From: an uncultured Verrucomicrobiae bacterium
GTDB taxonomy: Bacteria > Verrucomicrobiota > Verrucomicrobiia > Palsa-1439
DNA length: 64,000 bases
Assembly: GCA_963812605.1 (NCBI GenBank)
Contig: CAWEWF010000004.1
Span: 64,001-128,000, forward strand
Direction of reading: 5' to 3'
Shown here piece after piece: positions 1-8,654 of this stretch. The notes below the pieces were generated by a model. It saw nothing but the letters and a program-made list of their open reading frames with translations. It ran no database searches and was not told the origin of the DNA. The position numbers and the translations under genes are program-made. Position 1 is the first letter of the stretch; each line of letters begins with the position of its first letter.

Positions 1-50
1 CCTTTTCCCTTCATCCCGTTAAATCCTTTTCCCTTGCGGAGAGCAGATCG

Positions 51-524
51 CTATCGTTCCGCCATTCGTTGTGAAATCAGCGCGTTGAATTCAAAATCTT
101 GACCCAATCGTGACATAAGTCGTCGCTCCGCCGCGCGCATGCGCCGCCGCTCGTTTGGTGTTTGGTCATCGTGACCGTGCAGATGCAGGATACCGTGGAC
201 GACATACAGCAAGAGTTCCCGCGCCGGCGTAGTGCGAAAGCGCTTCGCCTGGCGGACGGCGCACTCGACGGAGATGATCAGTTCGTGCTGCCCTTCCCCG
301 TAATCAAAGCTGAGCACATCGGTCGGGCCGGACGTGGCGTGGTATTGCGCGTTGAGCCTGGCGATGGTGATGTCGTTCACCAGCACGATGCCAAGGCGGG
401 AGTCGGAATCATGGACAAGATCGAGCGCATGACGAGCGATTCTGGCCAGCGCCCGAGTATCGACCTTTCGTCGGCGCTGGCGGTTGCTCACCGCGACGCC
501 CATCCCCCTGTCATCGGGGGTCAT
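51..524 (-). CDS. ybeY: rRNA maturation endoribonuclease YbeY
   Basis: PTDVLSF and HGILHLHGHD zinc motif; directly downstream of phoH; the true start may be a few codons later. Confidence 0.92.
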   Translation of the reverse strand: MTPDDRGMGVAVSNRQRRRKVDTRALARIARHALDLVHDSDSRLGIVLVNDITIARLNAQYHATSGPTDVLSFDYGEGQHELIISVECAVRQAKRFRTTPARELLLYVVHGILHLHGHDDQTPNERRRMRAAERRLMSRLGQDFEFNALISQRMAER

Positions 525-1531
525 GCGGCGGGTGGTTTGCCGTTGCCGTTTGCCGCGGTTTCCTGCCGGCGTCGTTCGCGTTCCTCTTTGAACTTGGCAT
601 AAGCGGCGACGATCTTCTGCACAAGTTCATGGCGGACCACGTCGTGTTCGTCGAAGTACGCGATCTCCAAACCCGGAATTCCCTTGAGGACGCCCTGCAC
701 TTCAATCAATCCCGAGGTCTTGTGGCCGGGCAGGTCCACCTGCGTGATGTCGCCCGTGATCACCACCTTGGAATCGAACCCCATCCGCGTGAGGAACATC
801 AGCATCTGTTCGCTGGTCGCGTTCTGCGCCTCGTCCAAAATCACAAACGCGTTGTTGAGCGTGCGCCCGCGCATGTACGCCAGCGGCGCGATTTCAATGA
901 CGCCGCGCTCCACGTTGCGCTGGATCTCGTCGGGATCCATCATGTCGTGGAGCGCATCGTACAGCGGACGCAAATATGGGCTGACTTTTTCCTCCAGTGT
1001 CCCGGGCAGAAATCCCAGCGCCTCCCCGGCTTCGACAGCGGGCCGGGCCAGGATGATCCGGCCCACGCGGTCGCTGCGCAATGCGTGGACGGCCATCGCC
1101 ATCGCCAGGTACGTCTTGCCGGTGCCCGCAGGGCCGATGCCAATCACGATGTCGTTCTTGCGGATTGCTTCAAGGTAGCGCTTCTGGCCCTGCGTCTTGG
1201 GCACGATGGGCCGCTTGCGGGTGGAAACGTCGACGCGTCCTTCGTGAAGCTCCTGCATCTTCAGCGGTTCGCCGCGCGAGATGGCGCTGACGGCGCGGCT
1301 GAATTCCTGCCGTCGAATGGACGTGCCGCGAGCGACGGCTTGTTGCAACTCGGTGAAGAGGGATTTACCGCGCTCAACGTCGCTGGGGGCGCCTTCGATA
1401 TTGATCCAGCCGTCACGGGCTGTAACCTTGAGATTAAACAGGTCTTCGACGAGGCGAAGATTTTTCGGTTCGTTGGCGTAGAGCGATTGCGCCTGACGCG
1501 CATTGTCGAAATGCAGTGTTTCGCTTGCCAT
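521..1531 (-). CDS. phoH: PhoH family ATPase (YbeZ-like)
   Basis: GPAGTGKT Walker A; RPAVEAGE, YMRGRTL and DEAQN motifs. Confidence 0.95.
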   Translation of the reverse strand: MASETLHFDNARQAQSLYANEPKNLRLVEDLFNLKVTARDGWINIEGAPSDVERGKSLFTELQQAVARGTSIRRQEFSRAVSAISRGEPLKMQELHEGRVDVSTRKRPIVPKTQGQKRYLEAIRKNDIVIGIGPAGTGKTYLAMAMAVHALRSDRVGRIILARPAVEAGEALGFLPGTLEEKVSPYLRPLYDALHDMMDPDEIQRNVERGVIEIAPLAYMRGRTLNNAFVILDEAQNATSEQMLMFLTRMGFDSKVVITGDITQVDLPGHKTSGLIEVQGVLKGIPGLEIAYFDEHDVVRHELVQKIVAAYAKFKEERERRRQETAANGNGKPPAA

Positions 1532-1618
1532 GTGTCAGCTAACGCGTCGCTCCCTCATGCGCCCCAAACATACTGCATTTGCCTGCCCTTGGCAATCGAA
1601 CCGACCCCATGCAGCCCG

Positions 1619-2170
1619 CTAATCCTCAGGAATGATCAGGACCTGATTGGCGTAGATCTTGTTCGGGTTCTTGATCTTTTCCTTGTTCGCGCGGTAGATA
1701 CGGGGCCATTTCAGCGGATTGTGATAAACCTTGCCCGCAATCTTCCAAAGTGAGTCACCCTTCTTCACCACGTACTTCGACGGCTTTTCAGGCGCCTCGA
1801 TCTTCGGCGGCTCCGTCTCGACGATGGTTGGCGGGGCCGCCTGCGCGGGAGGCAGCGGCGTCATGGTCGTCTCCACCACCGGCTCCGCTTCCGCGGTCGG
1901 GCGACCGACCACATAACCGCGGTTCCCCCATTGGCCGCGATCCACCCAGTAGTGGCGGCGCCAGTTCGGATAATGGTCCTTTACGAAGTCCGCCCACTCG
2001 GGCTCCAGTTCCGGCTTCTCCACCACATCCATACCCTTGAGGAACTCACTCTTTTGTTGATCATTGACGGGCTGCATGCGCTTCTGTTGTGTCGCGCAGC
2101 CGTTGAAAATCAACACCGCACCCCCAATGACGCACCACGACAGGAAAATCCTTGCCAGACTCTTCATCAT
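1619..2170 (-). CDS. LysM-domain lipoprotein
   Basis: Lipobox-like FNGC after a hydrophobic stretch; C-terminal YVVKKGDSLWKIA...NPNKIYANQVLIIP LysM domain; Pro-rich linker. Confidence 0.88.
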   Translation of the reverse strand: MMKSLARIFLSWCVIGGAVLIFNGCATQQKRMQPVNDQQKSEFLKGMDVVEKPELEPEWADFVKDHYPNWRRHYWVDRGQWGNRGYVVGRPTAEAEPVVETTMTPLPPAQAAPPTIVETEPPKIEAPEKPSKYVVKKGDSLWKIAGKVYHNPLKWPRIYRANKEKIKNPNKIYANQVLIIPED

Positions 2171-2413
2171 ATCAACGCCTTCCTCCTTGCATTACGCCTT
2201 GGTGATAACACCATCGCCCACTACCGTCAACGCTTTTTAAAACAAGCTTCCGCTTGGCAATCCGCAGGTTACGTCGCCCGAGCGAATCGCCTACGAACGG
2301 CCCAAAACAGTTCCCCGAGATTGAAGGCTCTCAGGTCAAAGCGGGACGGTCAATTGTCGATTTCATGTATCGCGTTGCTGCCGATACTTAGGGCTTGAAT
2401 AAGCCAAGTGGAC

Positions 2414-4503
2414 TTGGGAGACTGTATTTGTGAGGCCTGCAGGACTTATTTCGTTTGCCTTCTGGGTATCGGTGACGGGACTGTGTCTGCCCCGGTTGTG
2501 CACGGCCGAAACTTCTCTATGGGTCACCGGACGTGAAGAAGACTACATCAGTGGCGGCGGCCAATTCTTCTATAGTGCTCCGCCGGCTGCGATCAACAGT
2601 TTCTACGTTTCGCCATACATTGTTGAATGCGGGGTCGATTACTTGGCGGATGACTGGTTTCTAATCTTTGCGTCCACCAACGGCCTGCCCCTGACCGTGG
2701 GAACATATGCCCCCGCGGTCTCCCCGGTCCAGAATTCCCAGTACAACTGGCTCAATGTCAGCGGCGCCGGTCGAGGCTGCGACACCAGCATCGGTTCTTT
2801 CGAGGTGAAGCAGGTCGAGTATAGCACCAACTCCATGATGACGTCTTTCTGGGCCACGTTTGTCCAACACTGTGAGGAAGCCTGGCCGGCGACCTGGGGT
2901 GAAATCCGCTACAACGTATCCTTCCCGGTCGCGATTGCGGCCCCGAAACGCCAGGACATGAACTGGGGCGACTCGGTCAGCATGGTGATCACGGCTGCGC
3001 CGGCCATCGGTGGGCTCGCGACGCTCAGCGCCCCGAACCTGCCTAACGGAGCCAGCTTCACCGATAACGGCGATAACACCGGCCTGTTTACGTGGACTCC
3101 GGCGCTCAATCAGATCGGCCCGCACTACGTCAGCTTTCTTGGCGCGGATGGACAGGGCCAGTCCCACGCCGAGTCTGTCTTGCTCACGGTAAACGGTGTG
3201 ACCAGTCTCCGGATGGCCACTGACCCGGATAATTTGCTGGGCCAGAGCGCAGCGTCTTACACCACCGGCACCAACGCCGTCTGGACGGCCTATTACAACG
3301 GTAATGTGGTCGAATTCCATGGACCCAGCATATCGGCAGACCTCCTCTCTGCCAGCAACGTGTTGGCCGTCGGGCGCTACGACGGCGCCCAGCGCGCCTA
3401 TTTTCAACCACCGGGCACCCCGGGAATCGACATCGAAGGCGACTGCAACTCGATCACGGGCAGTTTCGAGATCAAACAGTTGGACCTGATCGACACCAAC
3501 GGGTGGTTCGCGTTTTCCGTAGTTTTTGAACAGTACTGCGACGGGTCCGGCCAGGCTCTCCGCGGGGAACTTCGTTACAACACTTCTCCACTCGTCGAAA
3601 TCCGCCCTCCCCTTTTCGTGGGGATACGCGCCGGTCAGCCCTCCACATTTCAGGTCGAGGCCAGTGACGCCTCGAGCAACGTCGTCCACCTCACCGCTGG
3701 GGCCCTTCCCTCCGGCAGCAGTTTCTCCGACAATGGCGATGGAACGGGAGTTTTCTCATGGACGCCCGCCACCAACCAGGTCGGAGCGTACGACGTGACC
3801 TTTTATGCTTCCAACAACGCGGCAATCACCGATCACAATCCCACGCACATTAGCGTCAACGCACCGGATCGTCCGCCCGTACCTGCGACGAGCGGGCCGT
3901 ATGTGGGAGATATTGGGCAGGCCGTCGCCTTTGACGCAAGTTCGTCTTCTGACCCGGATGGGGATGCGCTCACGTACGCGTGGAATTATGGGGACGGCAC
4001 CACGGGAACCGGCTCGATGTCCACGCACGCGTATTCCGCGCGCGGCATTTATTTGGCCACGCTGACCGCGAATGATGGCTGGCTTTCGGCAAGCACCACC
4101 ACTTCCGTGCGCGTCGGTAGTCTCGTTCCCGCGCAGATTTCCGTGACCAACAAACGGGGACTGCAAAGCTTTGGGAAAGGCCAATGGTCCTTCGTGCAGT
4201 TGCAAAATCAGGACGGGGATTTCAACCTCGCGGACATCGATCTTTCATCCGTACGCATGACTGTTGCCACCAACAGCGCGATCGCCTTTGCCCCTGTGAT
4301 CACTGCCAAGACGCACGCCAGCAAAGGCAAGGGCCGCAAGCCGATAAAACTTTGCTTTAGCAAGTATGATCTCCACTTGCTCTTCTGGTACCTGCAGGGA
4401 GCACCCGGCCCCGTCACCGTTACCATTACGGGTTATCTCACAACCGGCGACCGTTTCGAAGCCACTGTGGCAACGAACATCTAGTTTTCGGCCAGTCTCC
4501 CAA
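2414..4503. repeat. 11-bp perfect inverted repeat bracketing the surface-protein gene
   Basis: TTGGGAGACTG at 2414-2424 and its reverse complement CAGTCTCCCAA at 4493-4503. Confidence 0.6.
2430..4484 (+). CDS. Secreted surface protein: two copies of (uncharacterised beta domain + putative Ig/He_PIG), then PKD and a basic C-terminal domain
   Basis: Signal peptide; repeated C..GSFE(V/I)KQ...F(V/E)Q(H/Y)C...GE(I/L)RYN and LP.G.SF.DNGD.TG.F.WTP; PKD motif FDASSSSDPDGDALTYAWNYGDG. Confidence 0.8.
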   Translation: MRPAGLISFAFWVSVTGLCLPRLCTAETSLWVTGREEDYISGGGQFFYSAPPAAINSFYVSPYIVECGVDYLADDWFLIFASTNGLPLTVGTYAPAVSPVQNSQYNWLNVSGAGRGCDTSIGSFEVKQVEYSTNSMMTSFWATFVQHCEEAWPATWGEIRYNVSFPVAIAAPKRQDMNWGDSVSMVITAAPAIGGLATLSAPNLPNGASFTDNGDNTGLFTWTPALNQIGPHYVSFLGADGQGQSHAESVLLTVNGVTSLRMATDPDNLLGQSAASYTTGTNAVWTAYYNGNVVEFHGPSISADLLSASNVLAVGRYDGAQRAYFQPPGTPGIDIEGDCNSITGSFEIKQLDLIDTNGWFAFSVVFEQYCDGSGQALRGELRYNTSPLVEIRPPLFVGIRAGQPSTFQVEASDASSNVVHLTAGALPSGSSFSDNGDGTGVFSWTPATNQVGAYDVTFYASNNAAITDHNPTHISVNAPDRPPVPATSGPYVGDIGQAVAFDASSSSDPDGDALTYAWNYGDGTTGTGSMSTHAYSARGIYLATLTANDGWLSASTTTSVRVGSLVPAQISVTNKRGLQSFGKGQWSFVQLQNQDGDFNLADIDLSSVRMTVATNSAIAFAPVITAKTHASKGKGRKPIKLCFSKYDLHLLFWYLQGAPGPVTVTITGYLTTGDRFEATVATNI

Positions 4504-4556
4504 AATAGGCTTCCGCTGGCTGATTCGCTGGTTACAATGCCGCGAACGGAGACGCC

Positions 4557-5840
4557 ATGGACCTGATTCTTCGCAACGCGCGCGTACGCGGACACGACCA
4601 CAACGTCGATATCGCTGTCAACGATGGCCTTATCGCCAGAATCGCCCCGAAGATCACCGCGCGCCCGCGTCAGGTTATCGATTGCGCCAGTAAACTCGTC
4701 TCGCCGCCGTTCACCGATATCCATGTCCACCTCGACGCCGCACTCACCGTGGGACAACCGCGCTTCAACCAGAGCGGCACGCTCATCGAAGGCATCGAGA
4801 TTTGGGCGGAACGCAAGCGGACGCTCACGTTCGACGACGTGAAGCGCCGCGCCACGCTTGCTGTGAAATGGGAACTCGCCCATGGCGTCACGCGCATCCG
4901 CAGCCATGTCGATGTCTGCGATCCGCAACTCACCGCCGTCAAGGCGCTGCTTGAGGTGAAGAAAGAATTCGCGGGCCTCGTGGATATTCAACTCGTCGCG
5001 TTTCCGCAGGATGGCATCTACGCGTTTCCCAACGGCGAGCGGCTCATGGACCAGGCGATGGAACTCGGCTGCGACATCGTCGGCGGCATCCCGCATCATG
5101 AAATGACCCGCGAGGACGGTGTGGCCGATGTGAAGTTCGCCTGCGATCTCGCGCAGCAATATCACAAGCCGCTCGACCTCCATATCGACGAGACCGATGA
5201 CCCGAATTCGCGCTTCACGGAAGTATTAGCCGCCGAAACCATCAAACGCGGCCTCGGCGGACGCGTTACCGCCAGTCACACCACCTCCATGCACAGCGTC
5301 GACAATGCCTACGCTTTCAAACTCATTCGCCTCATTAAACGCGCCGGCCTGCACATGGTTACCAATCCGTGCGACAACAGCGTCCTTCAGGGCCGCTTTG
5401 ACACCTACCCCAAACGCCGCGGCCACACGCGCGTGAAAGAACTGCTCGCCGCCGGCGTCAATGTCGGCATCGGCCACGACTCGATCATGGATCCGTGGTA
5501 TCCGCTCGGCATTGGCGATCCCTTGCAAGTCGCTTTCGTCTGGATCCATTACGGCCAAATGAGCGGCGCCAACGAAATCCCGCAAGTGTGGGACATGATC
5601 ACGAAAAATCCGGCAAAGGCCTTCGGTGCCACCGACAAAGATTACGGCCTCATCGTTGGCAACCCCGCCGACCTGATTCTCCTCGACGCCGCCACCGAAT
5701 TCGACGCCCTCCGCCGCATCGCCCCCCGCCTGTTGGTAATGCGCCGCGGCCAAATCGTAGCCCGCACCACCCCGAGTGAAACCGTCCTCTGTCCGAAAGG
5801 GTGGAAGAAGGAAGTGATTGATTTCACGGTGCACGGATGA
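4557..5840 (+). CDS. codA: Cytosine deaminase (amidohydrolase family)
   Basis: DIHVHLD, NQSGTLIEGI, LHIDETDDP, ASHTTSMHS, GHDSIMDPWYPLG motifs. Confidence 0.92.
   Translation: MDLILRNARVRGHDHNVDIAVNDGLIARIAPKITARPRQVIDCASKLVSPPFTDIHVHLDAALTVGQPRFNQSGTLIEGIEIWAERKRTLTFDDVKRRATLAVKWELAHGVTRIRSHVDVCDPQLTAVKALLEVKKEFAGLVDIQLVAFPQDGIYAFPNGERLMDQAMELGCDIVGGIPHHEMTREDGVADVKFACDLAQQYHKPLDLHIDETDDPNSRFTEVLAAETIKRGLGGRVTASHTTSMHSVDNAYAFKLIRLIKRAGLHMVTNPCDNSVLQGRFDTYPKRRGHTRVKELLAAGVNVGIGHDSIMDPWYPLGIGDPLQVAFVWIHYGQMSGANEIPQVWDMITKNPAKAFGATDKDYGLIVGNPADLILLDAATEFDALRRIAPRLLVMRRGQIVARTTPSETVLCPKGWKKEVIDFTVHG
5746..5819 (+). repeat. Direct repeat copy 1: current codA 3' end
   Basis: 74 bp matching 6240-6313 with 5 mismatches, all synonymous. 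Confidence 0.95.
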
Positions 5841-6022
5841 AGGTTCGCGAAGTCCTCAGATTATTACGTGACGACGGTTGGTACCTGGCGCGGCAGCGCG
5901 GAAGCCACCAACAATATAAGCATCCCACAAAACGCGGGCTGGTCACGGTCGCCGGCAAACCGAACGACGACCTTGCGCCCGGCACATTAAACAGTATACT
6001 AAAGCAAGGGGAGCTAAAATGA
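5837..6022 (+). CDS. hicA: HicA family toxin
   Basis: GW...RQRGSHQQYKHP...VTV...LAPGTLNSILKQ; overlaps the codA stop (ATGA). Confidence 0.93.
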   Translation: MKVREVLRLLRDDGWYLARQRGSHQQYKHPTKRGLVTVAGKPNDDLAPGTLNSILKQGELK

Positions 6023-6234
6023 CGAAGTATCTCATCGTTGTCGAAAAGACATCAACGGGCTATTCAGCCTTCTCGCCCGATTTGCCCGGCTGCATTGCCA
6101 CGGGCGCAACGCACGAGGAAGTTGAAGGAACAATGCGCGAGGCGGTTCAATTCCATCTCGACGGTCTCCGCGAAGAAGGTCTGGACATTCCCTTACCTCA
6201 CAGCTACTCGACGTACTGCGAACTCCCCGCCTAA
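6019..6234 (+). CDS. hicB: HicB family antitoxin (short, no C-terminal DNA-binding domain)
   Basis: YSAFSPDLPGCIATGAT.EE...EAVQFHLDGL. Confidence 0.92.
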   Translation: MTKYLIVVEKTSTGYSAFSPDLPGCIATGATHEEVEGTMREAVQFHLDGLREEGLDIPLPHSYSTYCELPA

Positions 6235-6239
6235 CGCAG

Positions 6240-6337
6240 GCGGCCAAATCGTCGCCCGCACCACCCCGAGCGAAACCGTCCTGTGTCCGAAGGGCTGGAA
6301 GAAGGAAGTGATTACGTTCGCCCCGGCACATCGGTAG
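6240..6337 (+). pseudogene. Displaced orphan 3' end of codA (direct repeat copy 2)
   Basis: Encodes GQIVARTTPSETVLCPKGWKKEVITFAPAHR*; identical to the CodA C-terminus over 24 aa. Confidence 0.9.
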
Positions 6338-6357
6338 GGCGAGCGTCCCGCTTGCCG
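6334..6357 (+). repeat. GTAG-type REP, family A
   Basis: GTAG-GGCGAGCG-TCC-CGCTTGCC-G hairpin; related copies at 41411, 41803, 41839 and 63975. Confidence 0.85.
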
Positions 6358-6373
6358 TCACGGATTACCGCAG

Positions 6374-6607
6374 ATGAATTTCGAATTATTAAGCGAGATT
6401 GCGGAAATCGAAACGATTGCCCGAGGATCGGGCATCCGTGACCTTCCCCGTCTGCGCCGCCTCTACGGACCAGGAAACTGGCGGAAACTCAAGGGCGTTG
6501 CTCGCATTCGTCTAGCCAGCGGGAGGATTAGAATCGCCTAGTTGCATTGGTATGAAGCTCATGGTACTGGTAAAAAGGAAATGAAGCGAAAACGCTACCG
6601 GGACTGA
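6374..6607 (+). pseudogene. Small basic toxin-like protein with an internal TAG (not in the ORF track)
   Basis: Manual translation MNFELLSEIAEIETIARGSGIRDLPRLRRLYGPGNWRKLKGVARIRLASGRIRIA*LHWYEAHGTGKKEMKRKRYRD; TAG at 6539-6541. Confidence 0.75.
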
Positions 6608-6610
6608 AGC

Positions 6611-6841
6611 ATGCCCAAACGACCGCACATGAAACCTGAGTTCGTTATTTGCATCAATAACGAAGGCTATCCTGCGTCGTTGGAGTTGCACAAAGTTTAC
6701 CGCGTGATTCCCGATGCGGAGGCCGCTGCCGACGACGATATTCGGGTCGTGGACGAATCCGGCGAAGACTACTTGTATCCCGCTTCGTTTTTTGTCCTGA
6801 TCCAAGTCCCGGCCCCTGTGGAACGCGCCCTGTCGGCATGA
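6611..6841 (+). CDS. Small acidic conserved hypothetical protein, putative antitoxin/immunity partner
   Basis: FVICINNEGYPASLELHKVY...IRVVDESGEDYLYP; starts 3 nt after the basic ORF stops. Confidence 0.75.
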   Translation: MPKRPHMKPEFVICINNEGYPASLELHKVYRVIPDAEAAADDDIRVVDESGEDYLYPASFFVLIQVPAPVERALSA

Positions 6842-6956
6842 GCGGCCGAATCATCCCCGCCGTTCACCGAATGAGAGTGTCCTCTGGGTGAAGGGTGAAA
6901 GAGCGGAATGATCGGCTTTGATTGAAGTTGTGAATGACAATTGAGGGGTATCGCCG

Positions 6957-7487
6957 ATGAAATTCTCGACGCCTCCGTCCAAGACAGTGCCCTTCTATGC
7001 ACACCCGACCTTGGTGATACTTGTATCGACCATAGGGCTAATCTCTGGCATTCTCGCCGTATACACAGTTCGATTGGCCTCACAACTGTCAAGCCTGCCC
7101 TTGGGTGATCTAGGATGGCTTGGTCGGCTGTTTGAAATCGTCTGGTCCCCGCGTGCTCCTTGGGTGTCCTTCGCTGTCGGAATTGCTGTTGGCTTGGTCA
7201 TTATATCAGTGCAAAAACGCTTGTTGCGCTCTCATATCCTCTTCTATGCCGACTTTTTCACGATGCCCCTCTTGGAGCGGCTTCGTTGGGATGTGCTGAG
7301 CACCAATCTTACGGCGTGCCTACCGACGGTGGTCGGTCCATTGGTGGCGGCAGGCGTAGCCTGCGCCTTACAAATCAGCCCTTGGCCCGCTTTTTTCGGT
7401 CCAAGCATCTGTTCCTTTCTCGTCTACCCCGAGCAGAAGTTGATCTACGAAGCGACCAAGTCGCGCCTCGTATCACAAGAGGCATGA
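6957..7487 (+). CDS. Hypothetical membrane protein
   Basis: Several hydrophobic segments; GAGGGG SD; more AT-rich than the flanks. Confidence 0.6.
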   Translation: MKFSTPPSKTVPFYAHPTLVILVSTIGLISGILAVYTVRLASQLSSLPLGDLGWLGRLFEIVWSPRAPWVSFAVGIAVGLVIISVQKRLLRSHILFYADFFTMPLLERLRWDVLSTNLTACLPTVVGPLVAAGVACALQISPWPAFFGPSICSFLVYPEQKLIYEATKSRLVSQEA

Positions 7488-7489
7488 AC

Positions 7490-7584
7490 ATGAAACTCCG
7501 CTACTCGACCACATCGATTTCCGCGTGCGCAATGTCGCGCGGGCAGGGAAGTTTTATGTGCCGCTGCTTGCCGTATTTGCCTAA
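7490..7584 (+). pseudogene. Truncated VOC/glyoxalase N-terminal remnant
   Basis: Frame from 7501 reads LLDHIDFRVRNVARAGKFYVPLLAVFA*, a typical VOC beta1-alpha1 start; out of frame with the ATG at 7490. Confidence 0.55.
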
Positions 7585-8492
7585 TCCGGCGTGATGCGCC
7601 TGGCGCTGGGCAGGGGGGCGGCGTAGCCGCTCGTTAGGAACGCGCGCACTTCGGAGTCCAACACGAACGGCGGATCCAGTTTCGGGTCGCGTTCGGGCAA
7701 CAGCGTGTCCACGCCCAAGCCCTCGTCGCGCAACGCCTGGCCGTAGCTGAGCGGGTCCGCAGGGTCTTTCACCTTCAGGTTCATCGCCCGCGCGCACGTC
7801 ACGTAGACATTGTCCACGGTCACGCATGTGCCGAGGTGCCAGCCACCGAGCGGTCCGATGGCGAGCTTCGTCAATGCCTTGAGGCAATCTTCCGGCGTCG
7901 CTTGGGGATCGAGTTTCAAATCCATTGCGCGCGTCAACAAGGCGGCGAACTGCTCGTGATGCAGGCAGGTCTGCCCGGTGCGCTCGACAAATCGTCGCTT
8001 GACCGGTGCTAACGGTGACCGCGGGATGATTTTAATATCGGTCGTGATCGGAGCGTTTGTTGCGACCGGCGGAATTTCTTGCGGAGGTGTGGCCGGGAGA
8101 GCGAGACTGGCGGCGCATCCTTGGGCTTCGAGGAGTAATTTCTCCGCGCGCTCGCAGGAAATCCTCACGTTGCCGAGGTAGTCCACCGCTTTGTCCGGGT
8201 CCGCCGCTCGAATGGCTTTCTGGGTGTCTCGCTGGGCCTCCTCCGTCAATTCGAGCAAACCTTTGATCTTCAGCGCGCGCGAGTGGACGCAATCCGCCAG
8301 CGCGGCCTGTTCCGGCGGTATTTTTTCCTCCAACCGGGACGCCTCGTCATAGATTTCGCGCAAACGATGCACGCAGGCGTCGGATTGCTGCAGCGGCTCG
8401 GGATTATTCGTCGGCGACTCAGCGCGTCCCGGCCGAATGCCGAGCAGGATCGCGAGCGCGATCACCCACGTCCCTTGGAACCTTTGCCGCAT
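7581..8492 (-). CDS. Secreted hypothetical protein (Cys-containing helical N-domain, Pro-rich linker, SLH-like C-terminal repeats)
   Basis: Signal peptide MRQRFQGTWVIALAILLGIRPGRA; TACACT 8 nt upstream supports the start at 8492. Confidence 0.7.
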   Translation of the reverse strand: MRQRFQGTWVIALAILLGIRPGRAESPTNNPEPLQQSDACVHRLREIYDEASRLEEKIPPEQAALADCVHSRALKIKGLLELTEEAQRDTQKAIRAADPDKAVDYLGNVRISCERAEKLLLEAQGCAASLALPATPPQEIPPVATNAPITTDIKIIPRSPLAPVKRRFVERTGQTCLHHEQFAALLTRAMDLKLDPQATPEDCLKALTKLAIGPLGGWHLGTCVTVDNVYVTCARAMNLKVKDPADPLSYGQALRDEGLGVDTLLPERDPKLDPPFVLDSEVRAFLTSGYAAPLPSARRITPD

Positions 8493-8654
8493 GGGTTCGC
8501 AGTGTACCCGGGGCGATGAAAAGCGCAAGCTGCTCGTATCCCCGCGACGTTTTGTCCAAAGAAGTTTGAATACGCCCGCGCCCGTTATGTCTAACTGGCA
8601 AACCGAACCCACGGCCTTTTTCGTTGTAACCTGCGGGAGGCGTTCCTATACTTC

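Noticed and set aside
1-34. CCTTTTCCCT direct repeat around TCATCCCGTTAAAT
   Set aside because: Cut by the window edge; it may be the arm of a repeat element outside the window and cannot be evaluated
2313-2350. GAGA...GAAGG-CTCTCAGG resembling a glycine riboswitch core
   Set aside because: Too short to form the aptamer stems, and the downstream gene is not glycine-related
5746-6313. codA-end repeat pair as a DGR VR/TR pair, given a bAvd-like gene 4 kb away
   Set aside because: Differences are synonymous and not confined to adenines of one copy; no reverse transcriptase in the window
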